Positions 1 to 7,576 of a DNA stretch of 16,212 nucleotides are shown here, in pieces. Numbering within the stretch: the first letter of the stretch is position 1; each line of letters begins with the position of its first letter. The stretch comes from an uncultured Phycisphaerales bacterium. Its GTDB lineage: Bacteria > Planctomycetota > Phycisphaerae > Phycisphaerales > SM1A02. Made by a program: the position numbers and the translations under genes. The stretch covers positions 1 to 16,212 of the forward strand of contig CALKEP010000085.1 of assembly GCA_938084645.1 (NCBI GenBank). Direction: 5' to 3'. Below the pieces are notes generated by a model. The model worked only from the letters and a program-made list of their open reading frames with translations, searched no databases and was not told the origin of the DNA.

Positions 1-28
1 GGACGCTGAAGCGTCCGGCCCGTCTCGT
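1..28. terminator. Partial hairpin downstream of sod, probably cut by the window edge
   Basis: GGACGC-TGAA-GCGTCC (1-16) is a perfect 6-bp stem about 35 nt past the sod stop. The left arm may continue outside the window. TCTCGT follows at 23-28. Confidence 0.4.
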
Positions 29-51
29 GTGTCGATCGAAGCGGCGGGCGA

Positions 52-684
52 TCAGCCGTTCGCCGCGGCGAACCGGCGGCTCACCTCGCTCCAGTTGACG
101 ATGTTCCAGAAGGCCGCGATGTAGTCCGGGCGACGGTTCTGGTATTCGAGGTAGTACGCGTGCTCCCAGACGTCGAGGCCGAGGATCGGAACGCACCCGC
201 ATTCGACCATGCCGGTCATCAGCGGGTTGTCCTGATTCGGCGTCGAGCAGATGCAGAGGCCGCCGCCCGGCTTCACGCCGAGCCACGCCCAGCCGGAGCC
301 GAATCGGGTCGCGCCGGCGTTGGCGAACGCGGTCTTCATCTCGTCCATCGAACCGAATGCGGCGTCGATTGCGGACGCGAGTTCCGCGCTCGGTGCTCCG
401 GACTCGCTCGCGGGCCCGAGGATCGTCCAGAAGAGGCTGTGATTGAAGTGGCCGCCACCGTTGTTTCGAACCGCGCCGCGGACGGCGTCGGGAAGCTCGG
501 CGATGTTCCGGCAGAGATCGTCGATCGAGTGGCTCGCGAGATCGTCATGGCCTTCGAGCGCTGCGTTGAGCTTCGCGACGTAGGCGGCATGGTGCTTGGA
601 GTGATGGATGTTCATGGTCCGCGCGTCGATCGAAGGCTCGAGGGCGGATTCGGCGTAGGGAAGTTCGGGAAGGGTGAAGGCCAT
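52..684 (-). CDS. sodA: Superoxide dismutase, Fe/Mn family, likely Mn-type (210 aa)
   Basis: Starts [10 protein letters not shown] at ATG 684. Motifs [26 protein letters not shown] and [11 protein letters not shown] and NQD are Mn-type signatures. The upstream extension in the ORF track is not SOD-like. Confidence 0.95.
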   Translation of the reverse strand: MAFTLPELPYAESALEPSIDARTMNIHHSKHHAAYVAKLNAALEGHDDLASHSIDDLCRNIAELPDAVRGAVRNNGGGHFNHSLFWTILGPASESGAPSAELASAIDAAFGSMDEMKTAFANAGATRFGSGWAWLGVKPGGGLCICSTPNQDNPLMTGMVECGCVPILGLDVWEHAYYLEYQNRRPDYIAAFWNIVNWSEVSRRFAAANG

Positions 685-753
685 GGTGGTGGTTCCGGTG
701 GGTTCGGCGTGAATCGTCGGGCGGCGGCGGTCCGGCACCCGTGGGGGGATGAC

Positions 754-759
754 AGTGTA
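754..759 (-). promoter_or_regulatory. Putative -10 element for sod (TACACT)
   Basis: TAnnnT hexamer on the minus strand about 70 nt upstream of the start, in a GC-rich intergenic region. Confidence 0.45.
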
Positions 760-792
760 GACGCCCGCCGGGTCGAGGCGGGACGGTTCGCC

Positions 793-801
793 TGCTAGGC
801 T
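793..801 (+). promoter_or_regulatory. Extended -10 (TGcTAGGCT) 7 nt before the thiE ATG; leaderless configuration
   Basis: TGn plus TAGGCT, then 7 nt to ATG 809. No Shine-Dalgarno sequence. Confidence 0.55.
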
Positions 802-808
802 TGTCCGG

Positions 809-1885
809 ATGCGACACGACGGGCTCGAACGACTGGTGGACGCGAATGCCAACCGCGTTCGTGAAGGACTCCGGACCCTCGAGGATCTGGCGCGATTCGT
901 CATGGATGCGCCGGAGACCGCCCGCGACCTCAAGGGGATCCGGCACGAAGTCACCGCCGCCGCCGATCGATTGCTCGGCCCGACCTCGATGGCCCGGGAC
1001 ACCGCGGGTGATGTCGGAACCACGAATTCAACGGCCGGCGAACTGGCCCGGCCGGGGCTGGTCGCGGTCGCGGAGGCGGCGGGTGGTCGGGTCGCCGAAG
1101 GATGTCGATCCCTGGAGGAGGCCGCGAAGGTCCTCGATGCCGGTGGCCGGATCGCGACCGCGATCCAATCGGCCCGATACGCGGCCTACGACCTCGCGTC
1201 CGAGGTGATCGTCGCACTGTCGCGGGGACGTCCCACGGGCTGGCGGGTGCAGGTGCTGCTCACCGAATCGGCCTGTCGGCGACCGTGGGCGGAAGTCCTC
1301 GAGGCGGTGATCGCCGGCGGCGCGGATGCCATCCAGGTCCGAGAGAAGGACCTCGATCCGGTCCGGTTGGTCGAACGTGTCCGCGGCGTGATCGAGATCG
1401 CCCGTCCCGCCGGGATTCCGGTGGTGGTCAACGATCGGGCGGACGTCGCGGTGGCCGCGTCCGCCGACGGTGTCCATCTGGGTCAGGACGATCTTCCGGT
1501 CGAGGCGGCGCGACGGGTCGTCGGCGGGCTCGCCCTCGTCGGTGGCAGCGCGCACGATCTCGACGAGGCGCGACGGAACCACGAGGCGGGATGCGACTAT
1601 TGCGGCATCGGCCGATTCGCGGCGAGCACCACGAAGCCCGATGTCGTGGCGGGCGGGCCGGCCCTCGTCCGGGCGATGTCCGCGACGTTCCCGGGGTGGC
1701 CACAGCTGGCGATCGGCGGCATCGGGCTCGACAACATCGACGAGGTCGTCGCGGCGGGCGGAACCGCGGTCGCGATCTGCGAAGCGGCCTGCGATGCGGA
1801 GGATCCCGCCGCGGTGGTCGCGGATCTCCGGAACCGGCTCCAACAGGCGTCGGAGTCGACCGTCGACGCCGAGGTGTCCTCATGA
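809..1885 (+). CDS. thiE: Thiamine-phosphate synthase with N-terminal ThiD2-type domain (358 aa)
   Basis: The N-terminus has [20 protein letters not shown] and RDTAGDVGT, typical of long-form ThiE. The C-terminal barrel has [27 protein letters not shown] and AIGGI. Confidence 0.9.
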   Translation: MRHDGLERLVDANANRVREGLRTLEDLARFVMDAPETARDLKGIRHEVTAAADRLLGPTSMARDTAGDVGTTNSTAGELARPGLVAVAEAAGGRVAEGCRSLEEAAKVLDAGGRIATAIQSARYAAYDLASEVIVALSRGRPTGWRVQVLLTESACRRPWAEVLEAVIAGGADAIQVREKDLDPVRLVERVRGVIEIARPAGIPVVVNDRADVAVAASADGVHLGQDDLPVEAARRVVGGLALVGGSAHDLDEARRNHEAGCDYCGIGRFAASTTKPDVVAGGPALVRAMSATFPGWPQLAIGGIGLDNIDEVVAAGGTAVAICEAACDAEDPAAVVADLRNRLQQASESTVDAEVSS

Positions 1886-2724
1886 TCGAGGACGTCGAGT
1901 TCACGCTGTGCGGAACCGGGACCTCGAGCGGCATTCCGATCATCGGATGCGACTGCAGCGTCTGTTCGAGTGAGGACTTTCGCGATCGGAGAACCCGATG
2001 CGGTGCCGCGATCCGATTCCGGGATCCTGCCGGCGACCCGCGGATGATCCTGCTCGATTGTCCGCCCGACCACCGGGAGCATGCCCTGCGGCTGGGGCTG
2101 AATCGGTGCGACTCGATCTTCTTCACGCACCATCACGTCGACCACACCTTCGGGCTCGACGACGTCCGCCGCTACAACGCGGTCCAGCGATCACCGATCG
2201 AGATCCTCGCGGACCAGCCGACCATCGTGGCGATCGAACGGACGTTCCAGCACGTCTTCAGACCCTTCGACAACGTCAATCCCTCGTTCGTCGCGAGCCT
2301 CACCGTGCACGAGATCGAGCCGGGCAGGCCGGTCGATCGGTTCGGGCTTCGTTTCGAGCCGCTGCGGTTGCTGCACGGTCGGCTCCCGATCCTCGGATTC
2401 CGGATCGAGGCGCTCGACGCCGACGGGGGGATCGCCGCGGATCAGCCGGGCCCGTTCCCGCTCGCCTACTGCACCGACGTCTCGGGGATCCCGCCCGAGA
2501 CCTGGCCCCGGCTCGAGGGACTTCGGACCCTGGTGCTCGACATGCTGCGTCCGAAGGCCCATCCGACCCATTTCACGGTCGATCAGGCGATCGAGACCGC
2601 GGGCCGGATCGGGGCCCGATCGACCTGGTTCATCCACATGTCGCACGAGATCCGCCATGCGGAGGTCGCCCCCGGCCTTCCCGCCGGGATGAACCTGGCC
2701 TGGGATGGCGTTCAACTGGGCTGA
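1882..2724 (+). CDS. PhnP-like metallo-beta-lactamase-fold hydrolase/phosphodiesterase (280 aa)
   Basis: ATG 1882 overlaps the thiE stop (ATGA). Motifs GTGTSSGIPIIGCDCSVC, THHHVDH (HxHxDH), HGRLPILGFRI, AYCTDVS, HPTHF, HMSH and AWDG. Confidence 0.9.
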   Translation: MIEDVEFTLCGTGTSSGIPIIGCDCSVCSSEDFRDRRTRCGAAIRFRDPAGDPRMILLDCPPDHREHALRLGLNRCDSIFFTHHHVDHTFGLDDVRRYNAVQRSPIEILADQPTIVAIERTFQHVFRPFDNVNPSFVASLTVHEIEPGRPVDRFGLRFEPLRLLHGRLPILGFRIEALDADGGIAADQPGPFPLAYCTDVSGIPPETWPRLEGLRTLVLDMLRPKAHPTHFTVDQAIETAGRIGARSTWFIHMSHEIRHAEVAPGLPAGMNLAWDGVQLG

Positions 2725-2764
2725 TCCGGCGGGGGGGCACGTGGCGGGCGGCGGCCCCGTTCTG

Positions 2765-2770
2765 TAGACT
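2765..2770 (+). promoter_or_regulatory. Putative -10 (TAGACT) for atpG with a very short leader
   Basis: TAnnnT 12 nt upstream of ATG 2783, with no SD in between. Confidence 0.45.
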
Positions 2771-2782
2771 TTCGAACCTCCT

Positions 2783-3652
2783 ATGGCACAAATCCGCGAA
2801 ATCAAGCAGCGCATGGTCGCGGTCGGCACGATCCAACGGATCACCAAGACCATGCAGATGATCGCCACCGCCAAGTTCACCGCGGCGGTACAGCGCACCA
2901 AGGCCACCCAGCCGTACACGGAGAAGATCCGTGAGCTGGTGGCGGCGGTCTGCAGCGATCCTTCCGAACTCGACCACCCGCTGGTGGGCGGCGACCGTGC
3001 GGCTTCCGGCCGGGAGCTGATGCTCGTCATCGGTTCCGATCGGGGCTTCTGCGGGGCGTTCAATTCGAACGTGCTTCGAAAGTCGCTTCGCTTCCAACGC
3101 GACAAGGTGAAGTCGGGCACCGAGGTTTCGATCGAGACCAGCGGCAAGAAGGCCTCGAACTTCTTCAAGTTCGCCAACGTCCCCGTCGCGGAGGCGCACG
3201 CCATCGGCGACAAGCCGGACTTCGACGAGGTCGCGGCGATCGCGGACCGCTACATGGATCTCTTCGTGGCGGGCGAGGTCGACGCGGTCCACGTCGCCTA
3301 CATGCGATTCGAGAGCAACTCGCGTCAGATCCCCGAGATCCAGCAGCTGCTTCCGCTCGAGGCGCCGACGGGTGACGATGCGGGCGAGAAGTCGTCGATG
3401 TACGAGTTCACGCCCGACGAGGCGTCGCTCCTCAACGACCTGCTCCCCCGGGCCGTCCGGACCTCGCTCTTCCAGTCGTTCAACGACGCGGTGGTGAGCG
3501 AGCAGATCATGCGGATGATCGCCATGAAGGCGGCGACCGACAATGCAGCCGGACTGGGCCGCACGCTGAAGCGGGACTACAACCGCGCCCGACAGGCGAA
3601 GATCACCACGGAACTCACCGAAATCGTCTCCGGCGCCGCCGCGCTGGCCTGA
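2783..3652 (+). CDS. atpG: F0F1 ATP synthase subunit gamma (289 aa)
   Basis: N-terminal IQRITKTMQMIATAK, SDRGFCGAFN, RMIAMKAATDNA, and C-terminal YNRARQAKITTELTEIVSGAAAL. Confidence 0.97.
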   Translation: MAQIREIKQRMVAVGTIQRITKTMQMIATAKFTAAVQRTKATQPYTEKIRELVAAVCSDPSELDHPLVGGDRAASGRELMLVIGSDRGFCGAFNSNVLRKSLRFQRDKVKSGTEVSIETSGKKASNFFKFANVPVAEAHAIGDKPDFDEVAAIADRYMDLFVAGEVDAVHVAYMRFESNSRQIPEIQQLLPLEAPTGDDAGEKSSMYEFTPDEASLLNDLLPRAVRTSLFQSFNDAVVSEQIMRMIAMKAATDNAAGLGRTLKRDYNRARQAKITTELTEIVSGAAALA

Positions 3653-3677
3653 TCGGATCTCGACCACGTTCGACGAG

Positions 3678-3717
3678 CCGGCCTCGAACCGCGATCCACA
3701 TCGCGATTCGAGGCCGG
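3678..3717. terminator. Bidirectional terminator-like hairpin between convergent atpG and the rhodanese gene
   Basis: CCGGCCTCGAAcCGCGAT-CCAC-ATCGCGaTTCGAGGCCGG: an 18-bp stem with one C/A mismatch (G.U on the minus strand) and a 4-nt loop. Confidence 0.75.
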
Positions 3718-3750
3718 TCTCTCGTTCCGGTCGACATGTTCCGGTCGGGT

Positions 3751-4218
3751 TCAGTCGGTGGCGGAGTCCGGGTCCGTGCCGTCGACCTCGTTGCCGTCCT
3801 TCGCCCACTGGAGGAGGCCGCCGCGAAGGGTGTAGACGTTCTTGACGCCCAGCTCGATCAAGCGCTTGCTGGCGGCGTCCGCGAGGATGTCCTGATAGTC
3901 GGTGCCGTACACGATCACCGGACTTCGATCCCGAAGCGCGACCATCGCATCGTTTTCGAAATCACCACTTCCGAAGTAGATGTTGATCGCGGACGGGATG
4001 TGCGCGGTCTTGAAGCGGGCGGGTGATCGAGGATCGACCCAGGCCGCCCCGGCGTTCGAAGTGAAGAGCCCACCGCCGCTCTTGGAGGCGAGGCTCACCG
4101 CCTCGGCCGGCGTCACGGGCTGCAGGTCCCGGTCGCTGGTCTTCTGGCTGCAGCCGCCCACGCCGGCGATGGCGAGAAGGGAGGCGAGAATCACGGGGAG
4201 GGGGAGGGAAGCGTGCAT
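3751..4218 (-). CDS. Rhodanese-like domain lipoprotein, catalytic Cys absent (155 aa)
   Basis: Hydrophobic N-terminus ending in VGGC (lipobox-like). Rhodanese motifs VDPRSPARFKTAHIPSAINI and VYTLRGGLLQW. The active loop reads VIVYGT instead of VVYC. Confidence 0.8.
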   Translation of the reverse strand: MHASLPLPVILASLLAIAGVGGCSQKTSDRDLQPVTPAEAVSLASKSGGGLFTSNAGAAWVDPRSPARFKTAHIPSAINIYFGSGDFENDAMVALRDRSPVIVYGTDYQDILADAASKRLIELGVKNVYTLRGGLLQWAKDGNEVDGTDPDSATD

Positions 4219-4257
4219 GGGGGGGTTCCGAATTGGTGTCGAACGCGTGCCGTGGGC

Positions 4258-4274
4258 AGAATACGGGATAACCT
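4258..4274. promoter_or_regulatory. Back-to-back -10 elements: TATTCT (-, 4258-4263) and TAACCT (+, 4269-4274)
   Basis: The AT-rich patch between the divergent genes holds one TAnnnT per strand, 5 bp apart. Confidence 0.4.
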
Positions 4275-4337
4275 GACGTGGCAGGTTCGCGACGTGCGGA
4301 TCCGCCGCCTCCGAGCCCCGTCCTCCTGGAATCACCG

Positions 4338-5219
4338 ATGCGTCGTCCAAAGTCGTTCGAGCTTCTCGCTCTCGTGCTCCCCTTGATGATCGGGGCGAAT
4401 GCGCTCGCCCAGTTCGGGGTCGACGCCGCCGCCGATGGGAACCGGCTCGTCCAGATCGACGCGGCCTTCCCGGCGGCGAAGGTCGTTCCGGGCCGGACCG
4501 AACTCCTCGGCGTCCGATTCCGCATCGCACCGAAGTGGCACATCTACTGGCAGAATCCAGGGGAAAGTGGCTCGCAGCCGCACGTCAAACTCGACCTTCC
4601 GAAAGGCTTCAAGGCCGGCGAGCTCATCTGGCCGCGGCCGGTGATCCACGCGACCGAATGGGAGACGACCTTCGGGTACGACGACGAGGCCATGCTCTTC
4701 GTACCGATCACCGCACCGCCCGAGATCGAGGCGAAGACGATCAAGATCGGCATCGAAGCGGATTGGCTCGTCTGCAAGGAGATGTGCCTGATGGGATCCG
4801 GGAAGACGTCGCTCGAACTGGCGGTCGCCGGGCCGGACGAGAAGATCGACCCCCGTCCAGCCGATCCGGCCTCGGCCTACGCGCGGGGCCTGGCCCGGAT
4901 TCCAACGCCCTTCAAGAAGGTCCCCGGGACGATCGCGCAACTCGTCCTGGCCGACGGGCAGCCGGCCCTTCGGATCGAGGGGCCCACCGGGGGTGCGGAG
5001 AAGATCACCTTCGTGCCCGCCCTCACACCCGGCGTCACCCTTCGAAACGGGGTTCTGGTACCCGCGACGGTCGCCGATGACCGCTATCGACTTCTGGTCC
5101 CGCTGAAGATCAACCCCAACAACTCGGCCGGGAAGCCGCTTGAAGTGGCTGGAGTCGTTCTTTTCGGCAATGATGGCGGGGATCCGGCCGTTATGGTCAG
5201 GATCTCTCTGGAGCCGTGA
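4338..5219 (+). CDS. Exported DsbD N-terminal/ScsB-alpha-like thiol:disulfide interchange domain protein (293 aa)
   Basis: Signal peptide ending ALA|Q. Motifs WHIYWQNPGESG, WPRP, FGY and WLVCKEMC (CxxxC). No multi-TM DsbD-beta domain. Confidence 0.85.
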   Translation: MRRPKSFELLALVLPLMIGANALAQFGVDAAADGNRLVQIDAAFPAAKVVPGRTELLGVRFRIAPKWHIYWQNPGESGSQPHVKLDLPKGFKAGELIWPRPVIHATEWETTFGYDDEAMLFVPITAPPEIEAKTIKIGIEADWLVCKEMCLMGSGKTSLELAVAGPDEKIDPRPADPASAYARGLARIPTPFKKVPGTIAQLVLADGQPALRIEGPTGGAEKITFVPALTPGVTLRNGVLVPATVADDRYRLLVPLKINPNNSAGKPLEVAGVVLFGNDGGDPAVMVRISLEP

Positions 5220-5358
5220 TCGGATCGGAGAGCTCCGAATCCGAGATGTTCGAGGGGCGAAGTCGCCCGAGTCATGGGCGGACGTCCATGCATCTCGTCC
5301 AATCATCCCGGCCCCCGATGGCCCGTCAGCAGATTCCAACCTTTCAGGAGACCGAACA

Positions 5359-6015
5359 ATGCGTCAGCCCCGAACCATCCTTGCCACCTTCGGCCTTGCC
5401 GCCGCCGGCCTCTTCGCCGCCGCGACCGCGACCAGCGTCGCCAGCCCGATCACCGAGCAAGTGGTCACCGCCAAGGTCGCGAAGGTCGGCGAAGCCGCCC
5501 CGGCCTTCAAACTCAAGGACCTTGATGGCAAGGAGCACACCCTCGCCGACTTCAAGGGCAAGACCGTCGTGCTGGAGTGGTTCTCCGCCAAGTGCCCGTG
5601 GTCTGCCGCCAAGAGCGGCAACAGCATCCACAGCACCGGCCAGGTCGCGAAGATGCTGACCGAGCTGAAGAAGGCCGACCCCAACGTGGTCTATCTGGCG
5701 ATCGATTCGACGGCCCGCGGCATGTCCCGTGAAGACGTCGTCGCCGCGGACAAGAAGGCGGTCGAGAGCCTGAAGATCGCCAGCCCGGTGCTCATCGACT
5801 TCGATGGCAAGACCGGAAAGGCCTACGGCGCGAAGACCACGCCGCACATGTACGTGATCGACTCCATGGGCATGCTTCGGTATTCCGGCGCCCTCGGCGA
5901 CCGAAAGACGAAGAACTACGTGGTCGACGCGGTCGTCGCCCTCAAGAACGGGAGCACGGTGAGCCCGAGCGAGACCCGTCCGTATGGTTGCGGCGTCAAG
6001 TACGCGAAGCGTTGA
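5359..6015 (+). CDS. Exported AhpC/TSA (redoxin) family, peroxiredoxin-like protein (218 aa)
   Basis: SD AGGAG at 5346-5350 and a signal peptide. Motifs APAFKLKDLDGKEHTLADFKGKTVVLEWF..CPWS, YGAKTTPHMYVID, LRYSGA and C-terminal PYGCGVKY. Confidence 0.88.
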   Translation: MRQPRTILATFGLAAAGLFAAATATSVASPITEQVVTAKVAKVGEAAPAFKLKDLDGKEHTLADFKGKTVVLEWFSAKCPWSAAKSGNSIHSTGQVAKMLTELKKADPNVVYLAIDSTARGMSREDVVAADKKAVESLKIASPVLIDFDGKTGKAYGAKTTPHMYVIDSMGMLRYSGALGDRKTKNYVVDAVVALKNGSTVSPSETRPYGCGVKYAKR

Positions 6016-6043
6016 CCGTCGGAATCCAACAAGCACCATCGAC

Positions 6044-6075
6044 GAAACGGGCGGGCCGAAAGGCCCGCCCGTTTC
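6044..6075. terminator. Bidirectional intrinsic terminator between the redoxin gene and dnaN
   Basis: GAAACGGGCGGGCC-GAAA-GGCCCGCCCGTTTC: a perfect 14-bp stem with a GNRA tetraloop between convergent stops. Confidence 0.9.
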
Positions 6076-6108
6076 TCGTTCAGTCGTCTCGCGGCCCGGG
6101 TTCTTGCC

Positions 6109-7221
6109 TCAGCCGAGGTTCACCGGCATCACCACGTAGGTGAAGTCGCCGCCGACCTTGATGACACCGGGCTTGTTCGGCGCCTTGAGTTCGATGAGGA
6201 TCGTCTCCGAGTCGGCGTGCTTGAGGCCTTCGGTGAGGTAGCTGGGATTGAATCCGATCTCGATCGGATCCCCCGAGTAGGCGTCCGCCTCGACCCGGAT
6301 TTCGGCCTCGCCCATCTCCGGGGCCCGGCTGGACAGCGTGAGCCCGTCATCGCCGAAGGCGAGCCTGACCCCCTTGCTTTCCTCGTTGGTCAGCAGCGCG
6401 GCTCGTCTGACCGCGGAAGCGAGATCCACCGTCTTGAAGTTGACCCTCTTGTCCTGGTCCTTGGGGATCACGTCCTCGAACGGGGGGAAGGAACCTTCGA
6501 CGAGATTGCTGGAGAGGACCGGCGACGCGGGGCCGGAGCCCACCTGGAAGAGGATCTGGTTGCGATCCCGACGCACTCGAACCGGCTCGTCGGGATCGTT
6601 GATCAGCCGGTTGAGGACGTTGAGCGCCTTGGTGGGGACGATCGAGGTGAGGTCCTCGTCGGCACTCGTCGTGCATTCGCCCCGGGCCACGGCGAGTCGG
6701 CGGCCATCGGTCGCGACGAGCCGAAGGTGTCGTCCGGTGCGTTCGATCAGGACCCCGTTGATCGCGTAGCGGCTGTTCTCGACGGCGGTGGCGAAGACGG
6801 TCCGGCCGATCAGCCGGCGAAGCGTGCCCGCACCGATCTCGAACTCGTGCTCCTCCTCGAAGGTCGGCACGCCGGGGAACTCCTCGGGGTCGAATCCGAA
6901 GACCTTGAACTTGGAATCACGGCCGGTGATGGTGGCGATGTTCTTGGAGACCTCGATCGAGAGCGAGTCGTCGGAACTCGCTCGGACGATCTGGTTGAGC
7001 TTGTCGGCCGGAATGAGCGCGACGCCCTCTTCGCGGACGTCGACTTCGGCGACACCGAGCAGCAGGCCGATCTCGGTGTCCGTGGCGGAGATGTGCAGCA
7101 GACCGTCCTTCGCCTCGAGCTTCAGGCAGAGCAGGACCGGCGCGGGTGTGCGACTGATCACCACGCTTCCGGCGATGGCGAGGGCTTCGGCGAGGGCATC
7201 ACGACTGCAGACGAGCTTCAT
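6109..7221 (-). CDS. dnaN: DNA polymerase III beta sliding clamp (370 aa)
   Basis: Starts MKLVCSR at ATG 7221. Motifs SATDTEI, RYAINGV, LVATDGRRLA, LVEGSFPPFEDVIP, IGFNPSYL and C-terminal YVVMPV. The length is typical of the family. Confidence 0.97.
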   Translation of the reverse strand: MKLVCSRDALAEALAIAGSVVISRTPAPVLLCLKLEAKDGLLHISATDTEIGLLLGVAEVDVREEGVALIPADKLNQIVRASSDDSLSIEVSKNIATITGRDSKFKVFGFDPEEFPGVPTFEEEHEFEIGAGTLRRLIGRTVFATAVENSRYAINGVLIERTGRHLRLVATDGRRLAVARGECTTSADEDLTSIVPTKALNVLNRLINDPDEPVRVRRDRNQILFQVGSGPASPVLSSNLVEGSFPPFEDVIPKDQDKRVNFKTVDLASAVRRAALLTNEESKGVRLAFGDDGLTLSSRAPEMGEAEIRVEADAYSGDPIEIGFNPSYLTEGLKHADSETILIELKAPNKPGVIKVGGDFTYVVMPVNLG

Positions 7222-7335
7222 GAGCGTATTCCGGGTAGGGGGGTCGGCATCGAACGAGGGCCGACCGGGGGCGAGGTCCGCCGGTCCGACTCGCGGGCCT
7301 CTTCGAGGCCGCGGAACCGGGTCACGGGTGCGAGG

Positions 7336-7341
7336 ATTGTA
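7336..7341 (-). promoter_or_regulatory. Putative -10 (TACAAT) for dnaN
   Basis: 5/6 match to TATAAT about 115 nt upstream of the dnaN start. Confidence 0.5.
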
Positions 7342-7564
7342 GCGGTTCCGTCCGCTTTTCCGTCCTCCACCCACGAGGGATGGTGGTTGGTGGACGGAAT
7401 GTCGCTTTCGGGGCGGGATTCGCCACTCCGGGAAGCAGGTTGGACCTCGGGTGGAAACCGGGCCGGTCGGCGCCCGCCGGCCGAATCCCGGTGGAGGCTT
7501 CCGGCGAATCCGCTCGAGGCCTCCTTTCGATGATCCGGTTCGGATGAAACCGGTTTCCACGGGA

Positions 7565-7570
7565 TAGACT
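7565..7570 (+). promoter_or_regulatory. -10 (TAGACT) 6 nt before ATG 7577; leaderless configuration
   Basis: TAGACT-CGAATC-ATG, with no SD after the predicted transcription start. Confidence 0.5.
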
Positions 7571-7576
7571 CGAATC

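Noticed and set aside
685..808. TPP riboswitch upstream of thiE
   Set aside because: No conserved CTGAGA or other THI-box motif, and the -10 position implies no leader.
685..1023. Upstream extensions of SOD (and similarly dnaN 7222-7611, rhodanese 4219-4530, redoxin 5140-5358)
   Set aside because: These reflect stop-codon scarcity at high GC. They overlap neighbouring genes or promoters and lack family similarity.
1102..1881. N-terminal extension of the metallo-beta-lactamase ORF (540 aa)
   Set aside because: It is an Arg/Gly-rich alternative frame inside thiE. Family motifs begin at ATG 1882.
7292..7313. Small hairpin (GGCCTC-TTC-GAGGCC) in the dnaN leader as a possible regulatory RNA
   Set aside because: A 6-9 bp GC stem is expected by chance at this GC content, and there is no covariation evidence.
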